Positions 10,263 through 20,517 of a DNA stretch of 64,000 nt are shown here, in pieces. The translations under genes were made by a program, and so were the position numbers. Each line of letters opens with the position of its first letter. Positions within the stretch are counted from its first letter, which is position 1. Below the pieces are notes generated by a model. It was given only the letters and a program-made list of their open reading frames with translations, made no database searches and was not told the DNA's origin. The stretch is from Fervidobacterium sp. (GTDB lineage Bacteria > Thermotogota > Thermotogae > Thermotogales > Fervidobacteriaceae). The DNA is taken from assembly GCA_049970055.1 (NCBI GenBank), contig JBMFNR010000002.1:468406-532405 (forward strand), read 5' to 3'.

Positions 10263-10391
10263 ATAAATTTTCGAGAAGCTATAGCTATCGCATTTTTAGG
10301 TGAGTTGTTTTTGCGCGGCATGGCCTACGAAAGTACGGTAGCAGGAGCAAAGACCGTTTCAATTCTAGGAAAACTTTCAATACCGTATTAG
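10263..10391 (+). pseudogene. anmK: 3' remnant of anhydro-N-acetylmuramic acid kinase
   Basis: REAIAIAFLGELFLRGMAYESTVAGAKTVSILGKLSIPY* resembles the AnmK C-terminus (KEAxAFAxL...TGA...LG); sits upstream of SIS deaminase and nagA. Confidence 0.65.
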
Positions 10392-10409
10392 ATTATTGGA
10401 GGGGAAAGA

Positions 10410-11343
10410 ATGGAGAATAGCAAGATCCATACTTACAACACATACAGCAAAATTCTCAGAGTTAACGAATTAATTAAACGGGTTGATGCAATCATCCCAA
10501 TAACGTTCTCAAAAAAACAAGTATCTGTTCATAGGTTGTGGTAGCTCGTATAATATTGGTCTTGTGATGATATCTGTACTTCGACAATTTGGTATAAATG
10601 CAAAAGCATATACATCTGGGGAATTTCTTGTTAACGGAAAATTGCTAGACAAAGTTTCAGAAGAGTACGATACAGCTATACTAATTTCAAGAACAGGCAC
10701 TACTACGGAAACAGTTGAGAGCGCGAAAAAGTTATCCCGGAAAATGGAGACTATCGGTATCTCTTGCGAGAAAAACACACCATTGAGTAGCGTATGTAGT
10801 GAAAAAATCGAACTGGACTTTGCCCGTGAGAAATCTGTGGTAATGACTGGCAGTTTCTCAGCTATTTTGAGGCTACTTTTGAAAGGTATTTTAAGGCGAT
10901 TAATCTCTCCCGAGCCATTTTTAGCACTGTACCAAAGACTGTTAAACGAGGAACTTGTTGGTAAAAAAGACTACTTTGTTTTCCTAGGATACAACGAAAG
11001 ATATTACATCGCTAAGGAAAGTGCGCTGAAAGTTCAGGAGATGGCACCATCATGCACGGAGTACTATGAGCCTTTAGAGTACCGTCACGGACCGATAGCC
11101 CGGCTTTCAGAAAAAACGCACGTAACGATATTTTCAACTGGTAGTTAGTATGAAAGAGTATTATCAAAAGAATTAGAAAACAAAGGAGCAAATGTTCATC
11201 TCTTAGATCCCTTAACCGAGTATCCGATTTTCAAAGTGCAATTTTTAAGCCTTTATGCGCAGATGTTAGGGTACAAGAAAGTCCTACAGAAAGGAATCAA
11301 CCCTGACAAGCCGGTAGGGCTTGTTAAATCTGTCATATTGTGA
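10410..11343 (+). pseudogene. SIS-domain sugar-phosphate isomerase/glucosamine-6-P deaminase (GlmD-like), with a frameshift and a premature stop
   Basis: RBS+ATG at 10410; frameshift in the A7 run ~10511 before FIGCGSSY; ISRTGTT, EYRHGP; in-frame TAG 11146-48; frame continues to GINPDKPVGLVKSVIL*. Confidence 0.85.
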
Positions 11344-11352
11344 GGTGATTGC

Positions 11353-12408
11353 ATGATCTTAGAAGATGTTCTCATCGTTGATCCAATTGACGGTGAATAT
11401 GTAGGAAGTATAGAGTTCGACGACAAGATTCATAAGGTGAGAAAATCAAACAAAAATTCGTACAAAAGCATAGTAATGCCTGCATTCGTTGATCCACATA
11501 TCCATGGTATCAGAGGTATTGATACAATGACAGCTTCATACGACGACTTTCTAAAATTTAAAGAGTACGAAGCTTTAGAAGGGGTTTGGTACTTTCTCCC
11601 AACAACGGTAACATCACCAATTGAAAAGCTAAAAGATATCAATTTACCAGGTGGCTTCAAATTGCACCTTGAAGGTCCCTTCATCTCCGAGCAGCGAAAG
11701 GGTGCGCATAACGAAAAGTACATTATCACGCCTCCAAAAGATCTCACAGAAATTCAAAAGCTTATTTTGCCAGAAAAAATCGAGTTAATAACAGCAGCTC
11801 CGGAAAACGATAATTTCTTCAATTTTGCGAAAGATTGCTTAAACCACAATATTAAAATTTCTTTGGGGCATTCCAACGCAAATTTTCAAGTTGCAAAAAA
11901 GGCATTTGAAAGTGGTTTCAAGCGTATAACACACTTTCCAAACGCTCTAAGTCCTCTCCATCATAGGGATTTGAATATGGTAGGAGCAGGTCTGTATCTT
12001 GATTTCACCGTTGAGATGATAGTTGACGGTGTACATTCCTCACCTGAGTTTGTCGATTTTGTGTTCAAAATAAAGGGTTCCGATAAAATTATCCTTGTAA
12101 CAGATAGCATATCCGCAACAGGTTTGAAGGATGGAGATTACATGCTTGGTGACCTGCCTGTAAAGGTTAGAGGTGGTAAAGCGCAACTGAAAGATGGAAC
12201 GATTGCTGGTAGTACGTTGAGGTTTTCCCAAGCTGTTAAAAATTTTCACAGATTCACAAAATGTACCTTGAAAGAACTCGCCAAAGTTTCATCCTACAAT
12301 GCATGCAAGGATTTAGGAATCGAAGGTGGGAGGCTTTTAGAAGGATATCCTGCCAGATTTGTCGAGCTTGATGGAGATCTGAATATAAAAAAGACTTGGA
12401 ATTTTTAG
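11353..12408 (+). CDS. nagA: N-acetylglucosamine-6-phosphate deacetylase
   Basis: FVDPHIHG, LHLEGPF, LGHS, THFPNA, DGVH, VTDS, IAGS. Confidence 0.93.
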   Translation: MILEDVLIVDPIDGEYVGSIEFDDKIHKVRKSNKNSYKSIVMPAFVDPHIHGIRGIDTMTASYDDFLKFKEYEALEGVWYFLPTTVTSPIEKLKDINLPGGFKLHLEGPFISEQRKGAHNEKYIITPPKDLTEIQKLILPEKIELITAAPENDNFFNFAKDCLNHNIKISLGHSNANFQVAKKAFESGFKRITHFPNALSPLHHRDLNMVGAGLYLDFTVEMIVDGVHSSPEFVDFVFKIKGSDKIILVTDSISATGLKDGDYMLGDLPVKVRGGKAQLKDGTIAGSTLRFSQAVKNFHRFTKCTLKELAKVSSYNACKDLGIEGGRLLEGYPARFVELDGDLNIKKTWNF

Positions 12409-12500
12409 AGGTTAAGATATAATATTAGATGTGTTCGAAGAGTTTCTAAAAAGACAAAGTAAAAAACGATAGCAAAGTCAATGAAACGGAGGGAAAATAA

Positions 12501-13421
12501 TTGCTCCATGAAAAAATCATTGAAAACGTCAAAAAAGTCATCAAAGGAAAAGATGAACAAATAATGATAGTTTTAGCAGCGATGTACGCGGGTGGTCATG
12601 TGTTGCTTGAAGATGTACCTGGTGTTGGAAAAACGATTCTTGCACGTTCAGTTGCTATCTCGCTTGATCTTGACTTTAAAAGAATACAATTTACACCCGA
12701 TTTACTTCCAAGCGATTTAACAGGTTTGTCGATCTACGATAAAAAAGAGGATACTTTCAAATTCCTACCGGGACCTATCTTTACAGATATCCTACTTGCA
12801 GACGAGATAAATCGTGCGACACCAAGGACGCAGTCAGCGTTACTTGAAGCGATGGCAGAAGGGCAAGTAACAGTGGATGGTGTTACACACAAATTATCTT
12901 CAAACTTTTTTGTTGTAGCGACGCAAAATCCAATTGAATACGAGGGTACATTCCCCTTACCGGAAGCTCAGCTTGACAGATTCATGGCACGAATATCACT
13001 CGGATACCCTGATAAGGAGAGCGAAATAGAAATATTAGCAACTCAAAAGACAAAACACCCGATAGAAGAACTAAAACCAGTTGGTAAAATCGAAGAATTC
13101 ATAAGAGAAAAAGCAAATGTTAGACAAGTAAAAATAAGCGATGAAGTGAAAAAATACATTGTTGATATTGTTAATGAAACAAGAAATCACAAATCTCTCA
13201 AATATGGGGCGAGTCCCAGAGCAAGTCTCTCACTTATGCATATGAGCATGGCATGGGCGTATTTAAACGATAGAGACTTTGTTCTTCCAGATGATGTAAA
13301 GAAAATTGCACCATATGTACTTGTTCACAGAATAATACAAACAACAGAATCAAAGATCCTTAGGGAAGCAAAAGAAGAGATTATCCAGTCAATAATCGAA
13401 AATGTACCTGTTGTAAAATAA
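12501..13421 (+). CDS. MoxR family AAA+ ATPase
   Basis: DVPGVGKT, RIQFTPDLLPSD, DEINRA, ATQNPIE, LPEAQLDRF. Confidence 0.95.
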   Translation: MLHEKIIENVKKVIKGKDEQIMIVLAAMYAGGHVLLEDVPGVGKTILARSVAISLDLDFKRIQFTPDLLPSDLTGLSIYDKKEDTFKFLPGPIFTDILLADEINRATPRTQSALLEAMAEGQVTVDGVTHKLSSNFFVVATQNPIEYEGTFPLPEAQLDRFMARISLGYPDKESEIEILATQKTKHPIEELKPVGKIEEFIREKANVRQVKISDEVKKYIVDIVNETRNHKSLKYGASPRASLSLMHMSMAWAYLNDRDFVLPDDVKKIAPYVLVHRIIQTTESKILREAKEEIIQSIIENVPVVK

Positions 13422-13468
13422 TCTGAAGATAGTCTGTGCAAAAATGTGAAAATAAGTGCCAGAAATAG

Positions 13469-13499
13469 CAAAAAGACTTGGCTTAGCCAAGTCTTTTTG
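13469..13499. terminator. Bidirectional intrinsic terminator
   Basis: caaaaagacttggc-tta-gccaagtctttttg. Confidence 0.85.
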
Positions 13500-13532
13500 T
13501 TAACAACGCTTCTGAATTGTCGCGGCCTTGGT

Positions 13533-14960
13533 CTAAACCAAGGCTGCATTTTTTTGGTTTGCCAATTCTTGACAAAGAACTTGAAAAATGTGTTTTAGTT
13601 GATCTATTTTTTGTTTATTATGTGTTTTTACCAATGCGTATTTTAATGTGACGTAACTTTCCGTTAGTGCCGCAAGACGTTCAAGTATCGATGTTTGTTG
13701 TATGTTTTCGATTAGTTCGTACGGTGTAAGGTGGTCAAGTTGGGGGAAGAATGTCTTTCGTATATATCGGTAGCTATGATCAATGAATTCTATACTTTCT
13801 AGATTTAGAATGTCCTGATAAGAGTAATCTGTTGAGTAGTTTGTTGGTTGTGTTTGAAGTTCTTCATTTTGTTGTTCTAATGCTTTCTCATTTGCGATAC
13901 TTATGAATTTTCTGGTTAGAAACCAGATAGCAATAACCGTTGAGATAATTGCGAATATGTACGCAAAAGTTGATAGAATAAATGGATCTATGAAGTTTAT
14001 GGGTGGTTTTGTTTGTGTTTTCAAATGGTTTTCTGTATTCCTACTTTGGCTTTGCTGAATACTAGTTTGCTGTTGTGTGTCGGTAACTATTGTTTTTTCA
14101 CTTGTTTCGCTTTTTTGCATTTGGTTTTGAGGTATTTGGGTGGTTTTAAACAGCGATGGAACCATGAAGAAAAATAATGAAAGCAATACAATACTTGTTG
14201 TGAAGAATGTAAACCAAATGCGGAATCTGTCTTTTCTCTGAGATTTGAAAGTTAAAATTACCGTGTAAAGCGCACCTAAGCCTGAGAAGAAAATGGCTAA
14301 TGACATGGTTAATTTGAAGAGTTTGGTGTTTATCGCTCTTATATTTTGTGTTTGAACTGATGTTGGCGAAGGTCTTTGCGCAATAGAGTTATCTGACTTT
14401 TGAGTTATTATGTTTTGTGTTTTTGATCTTTGAAAAGTTTGTTGTGAGTAATTCTGTGACAAGTTGGACGATTCAATTCTTTTTTGACTAATTCGACTTC
14501 TTTGACTAAAATCAAGTGTGAACTCTGGGAATGGTATTAGTAATAGTACACTTGCTAAGGCAAACGCAATCTGAATTTGCTTTTTAGTCAAGTATTGGTA
14601 AAAGTTCAAAATTATGTACGCTATGACAAGTATTGGTGTTATCTGATTATGAAAGAAAGTAACTGCCAATAAGTAAATTGTTAAGCTTACGATTTTGAAG
14701 TTTTTGTTTTTCTTTGTTAAGTATACTGTCATTGCGATTATAAGTACGATCGAACCGATATTCGTGAAAGTAAAAGAGTAAAGTGATGCAAGCACCAAGA
14801 TAATTAGCGAGAGTACTTCTTCTTTTGGTAATGAGAAAAGAAGAAACATGATGTATATGAATACGTTGTGTGGTGTGAGTGTGGTTTCTTTTATTGGTAG
14901 TGTAGATAGTAGAATTATTGTTGTGTTGAGTACGTTAGTTAAATATGGCACGTTGTTCAC
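13533..14960 (-). CDS. Multi-pass membrane protein (possible DUF4129-like C-terminus)
   Basis: Several TM segments, Q/T/S-rich linkers, C-terminal LTPYE...LTESYVTLKY pattern; adjacent to DUF58. Confidence 0.7.
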   Translation of the reverse strand: MNNVPYLTNVLNTTIILLSTLPIKETTLTPHNVFIYIMFLLFSLPKEEVLSLIILVLASLYSFTFTNIGSIVLIIAMTVYLTKKNKNFKIVSLTIYLLAVTFFHNQITPILVIAYIILNFYQYLTKKQIQIAFALASVLLLIPFPEFTLDFSQRSRISQKRIESSNLSQNYSQQTFQRSKTQNIITQKSDNSIAQRPSPTSVQTQNIRAINTKLFKLTMSLAIFFSGLGALYTVILTFKSQRKDRFRIWFTFFTTSIVLLSLFFFMVPSLFKTTQIPQNQMQKSETSEKTIVTDTQQQTSIQQSQSRNTENHLKTQTKPPINFIDPFILSTFAYIFAIISTVIAIWFLTRKFISIANEKALEQQNEELQTQPTNYSTDYSYQDILNLESIEFIDHSYRYIRKTFFPQLDHLTPYELIENIQQTSILERLAALTESYVTLKYALVKTHNKQKIDQLKHIFQVLCQELANQKNAALV

Positions 14961-14969
14961 ACTCCTATT

Positions 14970-16256
14970 TTATTTCCATGATGATTCTTCAATTGTTTTC
15001 AAGCCTTCCATTAGACTTACATTTTCATGCCATATACTGATTAATACGTTTTCATCTCTAAGTATTTTTGCATAGTTGTATAGTTGTTTGACTTCCGGTG
15101 GAACGTCGTAGTAAGATCTAAACTTTTTACTTGTTGCATCTCTATACCCGTAAGGCATCAGTAAGACAACTACTCTTCCACACCGGCTTTTAAGGTGTAT
15201 TATCTCTTTGACTTCGTCCGTTGTTAACAACATACTGAGGATTACAACAGTGTCTACAGGTTGGACCGCTGCCAGTATTTCAGCGAGAAGTTCTGTAGTA
15301 TCTTTTTCATTTTCTATTGTTCCCTGCACTTCTGCCAAGTAGTCAAAATATATAACGGGGTCTTTTTCTTTTATACTTTGAAAACCTTTACCATCTGAGG
15401 TGTACAGGTAAACTTGTTCATGTCTACCTGAGAAGTAATTTATTAATCCAGTCGCAGCTTTAATTGCGTCTTCTTCGTATTTTTTTCGGATGTAAAACCA
15501 AGCATTCTTTGAGTATATGGTACCTGGAAGGTTTAAATCAAGGAGTATAAGAATTTTTCCAGTACCAGTGTATTCAAAATCTTTGACGATGAGTTTGTCG
15601 TACTTGACACTTTTTTTCCAATGAATTTTGTTGAGTGGATCGTTGTTGTACTCGCGTAAATCTTTTACGTAAGAGATATCTTCCGCAAGTTTATAGCTGC
15701 TTTTAAGGTTGGGGAGCGATTCCCAAATGCGTTCTAACATGATGTTGGACTCTTCCATATTTGGCAAGACTTTCACGTCTGAATTGATGAATTCGCTCCT
15801 AATGATTGAAAATAATTTTCCGAAGCCTTCGATTTTTATTGAATAAGTGCCTAATTGTTTTGTGCCCCTTGTCCCAAGTTTAGATGTGTAAATAACACTT
15901 TGTTCTTCGTTGGGGTTTAAGAGAATTTCTCTCGGTTCTTTGTTGATCAGTAAAGGCGGCGTTATGGTGATGAATAAACTCTGAGGTGATTTAATGATGA
16001 ATTCCACTTGGAATTCCTCGTTGGTGAAGACCCTTGCGCGAGCTTTCACCATGATTTCAATTTTTTCAATCGCCCTTCTTTTTTTGAAGTAATCGTAAAA
16101 AACGTACGCTACCAAAAAATCAGTAGCTAGTATGTATTTGTTGAATGCAAAGATGTTTGCGAGCATTACGATAAGAAGTAATACGTAGACGAATGGTGAA
16201 TATTTTGTCCAAATATTATATTTTGTTTGCTGGCTGACGGCTGGCTGGGATATCAT
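14970..16256 (-). CDS. DUF58 (VWA-like) MoxR-associated protein
   Basis: LREYNNDPLNKIHWKKS, LIVKDFE, ILLDL; N-terminal TM. Confidence 0.88.
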   Translation of the reverse strand: MISQPAVSQQTKYNIWTKYSPFVYVLLLIVMLANIFAFNKYILATDFLVAYVFYDYFKKRRAIEKIEIMVKARARVFTNEEFQVEFIIKSPQSLFITITPPLLINKEPREILLNPNEEQSVIYTSKLGTRGTKQLGTYSIKIEGFGKLFSIIRSEFINSDVKVLPNMEESNIMLERIWESLPNLKSSYKLAEDISYVKDLREYNNDPLNKIHWKKSVKYDKLIVKDFEYTGTGKILILLDLNLPGTIYSKNAWFYIRKKYEEDAIKAATGLINYFSGRHEQVYLYTSDGKGFQSIKEKDPVIYFDYLAEVQGTIENEKDTTELLAEILAAVQPVDTVVILSMLLTTDEVKEIIHLKSRCGRVVVLLMPYGYRDATSKKFRSYYDVPPEVKQLYNYAKILRDENVLISIWHENVSLMEGLKTIEESSWK

Positions 16257-16413
16257 TTTACCTCCTAAGTCATTTAATTTGGATTGTTTAAATTGGTTAC
16301 GTAAATTTTATCATTGATTATCTTCGATATCAATACGGCTTTAATGTGGCTTTACGAAGGGGAAAGTGATATAAAAGTGATATAATTTTTAAAAATGAAA
16401 TGAAGGTGGTTTT

Positions 16414-18903
16414 ATGAAATGGATGAGTGTTTTATTGTTTGTTTTACTAATTTGCGTTGTATTTTGCGCTTTTGGTGTTGATTATTCCCTATACGGTCAT
16501 AAGGATACCGTTTGGGAAATGGTCTCGGATGGTTCATATCTTTACTCTGTTGGTGCGGATGGAATGTTGAAGGTATGGGATGATAATTTGAGAATGATGC
16601 AGAGTATGACATCGCATGGTAGTTGGGCAAGGTCCGTGGCTGTAAATGACAGATACATAGCAGTGGGGGGGTACAAGCCCGATAACACGATTAAGATCTT
16701 TGATAAAAAGACAGGACAACTTCTGTATACTTTAAAAGGTCATATTGCTTCTGTTTTTACTGTGTATTTTTACAAAGATTACCTTATATCTGGGAGTTCG
16801 GATAATACTGTGATCATCTGGAAAGGTTTTAAAATGGTAAAGGTGTTAAAGGTACACGACAGTTGGGTGAGAAAGGTTATTGTCGTCAATGATAAGCTTT
16901 TTAGCGGAGATGAGAGTGGGAAGATAAACGTTGTAGATTTGAAAACATTTAAAGTGATAAAAACTTACGAACTGAAAAGTATGGTAATTTCTATGGATAA
17001 TAACAACGATTTTTTGTTCGTTGGTACATCTAAAGGGGAGGTTTATTTAATAAGTTTGATAGATTTGAGTATGAGTTTGTTGAGAAAATTTCAGAACGAT
17101 GTATACGCTATAAAATGCGTTGGAAATACAATTTACATGGCACAGATGGGAGATATTTTCTCTTACAATTTGATAGATTCAAAAATAAAACGTTTTTCCG
17201 TATCTGCATCAGAAATAACTTCGATCGTTTTTTTGAAAAATAAAATCTTTATTTCCAACCGTCAGGGAGAGATTTTTATATATTCTCTTGACGGAAAGTA
17301 TATTTCGAAATCGCCGAGGCATTTTTTCTACGCTGTGAAGTTGGCTATTGATAATGATTATCTATACGTTGGCAAGGACACGTTGGTATACGCTTTCAAC
17401 CGAAAGTCTGGTGTAAGAGTCTGGAGTTATGACTTGGGTAGTCAAGTAAGAAATATTTACAGTTTTTCAAGCTATATTGTTGTTACAGGTGCGAATGGTG
17501 ATGTTGTTTTTGTAAAAGATGGTAAGATAGCGCGCTTGTTTCATTTAAAAGATGCTGGAATTTCGATCACGAGCATTGGTGAGAGAATTTGTATAGGCTC
17601 GTTTGAGACTATTTACGAGTATTCACGCGACAAAATTGACAATTTACTTTCGATAACAGGTGAGTGGATAAGTGCGCTGTCGAGTTTTCAAAGGGGAAAT
17701 GAAAATAAATTACTCATTGGTACGAACGCTGGGAAGGTTTACGAGTACGACTTTAAAACGAAAAAATTATCAGTTCTTTACATTGGTTCAAGTATTGTAA
17801 TCGGCTTTGGTGTAAGTAAATCATTGAAGGCATTTTTCTTCGATGGAAGTATTGTTGATTTATCGAGTAAGTTAAAAGTGTCTTCGAATGTCTTCCCTGC
17901 GTATGTAGGGCTAGTAGTGGATGGAAGACAAATTATTGGTGGATCGATCCTAACGATTGATGGAAAGGTTATGGAATTTGAAGCTCCAGTTGTTAGTATT
18001 GCAGCGAGTTCTGGCACCATGTTTGTTGGACTATCGAATGGAAGAGTTTTTGAGATCCAAGATGATAAAATTCTTAGGCAATTCTCGACAGGTATTGGCA
18101 AAGTCTCAACATTATATTTCGATGATTTGGTCATTGCTGGGCACGAGGATGGAAAGGTCTCCGTTTGGGAGTACAACAAAAATTCCGGAGATTATGTGCT
18201 AATAAAGATTTTAGACGATCATTCGGACAGTGTCAAAAAGGTTCTGAAAAAAGGCGATTTAGTCTTTTCTTCATCGAGTGATAGAACGATAAAGGTATGG
18301 GATTTGAAAAGTGGGAAACTGAGAAGAACTTTATCAAGGCATTATGGCTATGTGTGGAGCATTTTTATCATCGACGATTATCTCATTAGCGGCGGATGGG
18401 ATGGCAAAGTTATCGTATGGGATACAAGAACATATGAACCTATAAAAGTGTACGAAACAGGCCTATCAATAACGGATGTTTGGGCACGTTCAAAGGATGA
18501 TATATACGTATCTTCATTGGAAGGTGTTGTCGTAAAACTAGGTCAAACGGTACGCAAAAGGAAGCTGTGTGATAATACTCTATGGTCTTTAGATGGAATT
18601 GGTGATAAAATTATAAAAATATATGTTGGTGGGTGGGACGGTATTGTTTACGTTTTGGACAAAGATTTGAATTTGCTACTAAGTAAGAAATGTCACAACG
18701 CTACAGTCTTTAAAGTGGCTGTATTTGATAAATACTTAATTACGGCTGGCTCTGACAATGTCATTAAGACATGGGATGAGAGTTTTAATTTACTAAGTGA
18801 CTACTCTAATTTCAGGCAATCGATTTTAACAGTTGCCATTTCAAAATCGACAGGTAAGATAATTACTACGAATGGCGATAGTATAATTGAACTTCGCAAA
18901 TGA
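16414..18903 (+). CDS. Exported WD40-repeat multi-propeller protein
   Basis: Signal peptide; repeated GH...SGSxDxTxxxW(D) units. Confidence 0.88.
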   Translation: MKWMSVLLFVLLICVVFCAFGVDYSLYGHKDTVWEMVSDGSYLYSVGADGMLKVWDDNLRMMQSMTSHGSWARSVAVNDRYIAVGGYKPDNTIKIFDKKTGQLLYTLKGHIASVFTVYFYKDYLISGSSDNTVIIWKGFKMVKVLKVHDSWVRKVIVVNDKLFSGDESGKINVVDLKTFKVIKTYELKSMVISMDNNNDFLFVGTSKGEVYLISLIDLSMSLLRKFQNDVYAIKCVGNTIYMAQMGDIFSYNLIDSKIKRFSVSASEITSIVFLKNKIFISNRQGEIFIYSLDGKYISKSPRHFFYAVKLAIDNDYLYVGKDTLVYAFNRKSGVRVWSYDLGSQVRNIYSFSSYIVVTGANGDVVFVKDGKIARLFHLKDAGISITSIGERICIGSFETIYEYSRDKIDNLLSITGEWISALSSFQRGNENKLLIGTNAGKVYEYDFKTKKLSVLYIGSSIVIGFGVSKSLKAFFFDGSIVDLSSKLKVSSNVFPAYVGLVVDGRQIIGGSILTIDGKVMEFEAPVVSIAASSGTMFVGLSNGRVFEIQDDKILRQFSTGIGKVSTLYFDDLVIAGHEDGKVSVWEYNKNSGDYVLIKILDDHSDSVKKVLKKGDLVFSSSSDRTIKVWDLKSGKLRRTLSRHYGYVWSIFIIDDYLISGGWDGKVIVWDTRTYEPIKVYETGLSITDVWARSKDDIYVSSLEGVVVKLGQTVRKRKLCDNTLWSLDGIGDKIIKIYVGGWDGIVYVLDKDLNLLLSKKCHNATVFKVAVFDKYLITAGSDNVIKTWDESFNLLSDYSNFRQSILTVAISKSTGKIITTNGDSIIELRK

Positions 18904-18938
18904 AACACATAATAGAGAAATAGGAGGTACAGAGAATT

Positions 18939-19475
18939 ATGGAAAAGACGATAAGTACTATGTTGGTATTCGATGGTATTCTATTGAGGGTTATGAAAGA
19001 TGAAGTTTTACTTGAAAACGGCGTTCTTAGTACACGCGAGTATGTTCTTCATCCTGGTGCTGTTGCGGTAGTACCTGTTACAGATGATGGAAAGATAATA
19101 CTTGTTGAGCAATACAGATACCCGATCAAACAGATGCTTTTGGAAATCCCAGCGGGAAAATTTGATAAACCCGGCGAAAATCCTCTAGACTGTGCAAGAA
19201 GGGAGTTAGAAGAAGAAACGGGGTACAGAGCCCAAGAGTACACATACCTAGGCTATATTCACACAACACCGGGATTCTCAAATGAGGCCATCCATTTATA
19301 TATGGCGAGAAAGCTTTATAAAGGGGCTATGGATCCAGATGAGGATGAAATTTTGAAAGTACATTTTGAGGATTTCGATGCGGTAGTAAAGAAATGTATA
19401 AATGGTGAGATAACTGACGTAAAGACAATAGTAGGTGTCATGAGAGCATACTTCAGGTTAAGAGGTGAAAAGTGA
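18939..19475 (+). CDS. Nudix hydrolase (ADP-ribose pyrophosphatase)
   Basis: EQYRYP, EIPAG, ARRELEEETG, TPGFSNE. Confidence 0.92.
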   Translation: MEKTISTMLVFDGILLRVMKDEVLLENGVLSTREYVLHPGAVAVVPVTDDGKIILVEQYRYPIKQMLLEIPAGKFDKPGENPLDCARRELEEETGYRAQEYTYLGYIHTTPGFSNEAIHLYMARKLYKGAMDPDEDEILKVHFEDFDAVVKKCINGEITDVKTIVGVMRAYFRLRGEK

Positions 19476-20068
19476 TGGTTAAGGTGATTATCAATGGTCG
19501 GGAATCCAGCTTCTCTGCTAGTGAGTTTGGAAATTTTGGAGATTTATTAAAAAAGGTTATCCCAGATGGTATGGTTTTGAAGGGGTTGAGAATAAATGAA
19601 AAAGACATACCAGTTTCATACATTGATGAGCTTAAAGGTGCAAAGCTTGATGAAGAAATAACTATCGAAATGGAACTTGTGAATACAATAGAATTTTTGA
19701 AAGAGACGTTGAATGACGTTTTAGGATATATAAACAACGTGAAAACTTTACTTCCACAAGTTTCGAGTAATTTGATAGTCGGAAACGATAGTGGATGGAA
19801 AGCGATAAAAGACCTTTCCGATGGCATAGCTGCTATGGAGAATCTAAGAAATTCGACACAACAAATTACAAAACTTAATGATAGTGAGCTAGCCTTAACG
19901 ATAAGTAGGGAGGCTATTACTGCTATACTCAAAGATTTATTGAGAGCACTGGACACAAGGGACAATATAGAGATATCTGACATAATCGAAAACAGAGTAC
20001 CTGATGTGCTAGATTACTACATAGAGTACTTTAGAAAAGTGCTTGAAGCGCTTGAGAAAATAAATTAA
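19472..20068 (+). CDS. Hypothetical protein upstream of fliS
   Basis: 198-aa ORF coupled to the Nudix gene. Confidence 0.75.
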   Translation: MMVKVIINGRESSFSASEFGNFGDLLKKVIPDGMVLKGLRINEKDIPVSYIDELKGAKLDEEITIEMELVNTIEFLKETLNDVLGYINNVKTLLPQVSSNLIVGNDSGWKAIKDLSDGIAAMENLRNSTQQITKLNDSELALTISREAITAILKDLLRALDTRDNIEISDIIENRVPDVLDYYIEYFRKVLEALEKIN

Positions 20069-20084
20069 AAGGGAGGAATTAGGA

Positions 20085-20492
20085 ATGGATTACACAGAAC
20101 AAATGGTAATGACGGCAAGCCCTGCAAAATTGATCGAAATGTTGCTAGAAAAAGCTGTTAGTGTCCTAGTAGAATCTAAAAAGTTCATAGATGAGAAAAA
20201 CTTTACAGGTGCAAATGAAAAGATAGTTAGGGCTCAAGATATCATCATGGAACTCAACCTGGCACTCGATATGGAGAAAGGAGGAGATATAGCAAAGAAT
20301 TTGAGGGCACTTTACAACTTCATGTACAGAACTTTATTGGAAGCTAATATTAAAAAAGATAAAAAAATGATCGATGATGTGATCTCTTTGCTTTTGGATT
20401 TGCTATCTACTTGGAGAGAAGCTATGAAACTTGCTGGAAGTACTGCAAGTCAAATAGATGTTAATAAACCAAAAATAAATCTTACGTTCTAA
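20085..20492 (+). CDS. fliS: Flagellar export chaperone FliS
   Basis: MTASPAKLIEML, AQDIIMEL, GGDIAKNLRALYNFM, LSTWREA. Confidence 0.93.
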   Translation: MDYTEQMVMTASPAKLIEMLLEKAVSVLVESKKFIDEKNFTGANEKIVRAQDIIMELNLALDMEKGGDIAKNLRALYNFMYRTLLEANIKKDKKMIDDVISLLLDLLSTWREAMKLAGSTASQIDVNKPKINLTF

Positions 20493-20517
20493 AACTTGTT
20501 AAAAGTCGGAGGAGATT

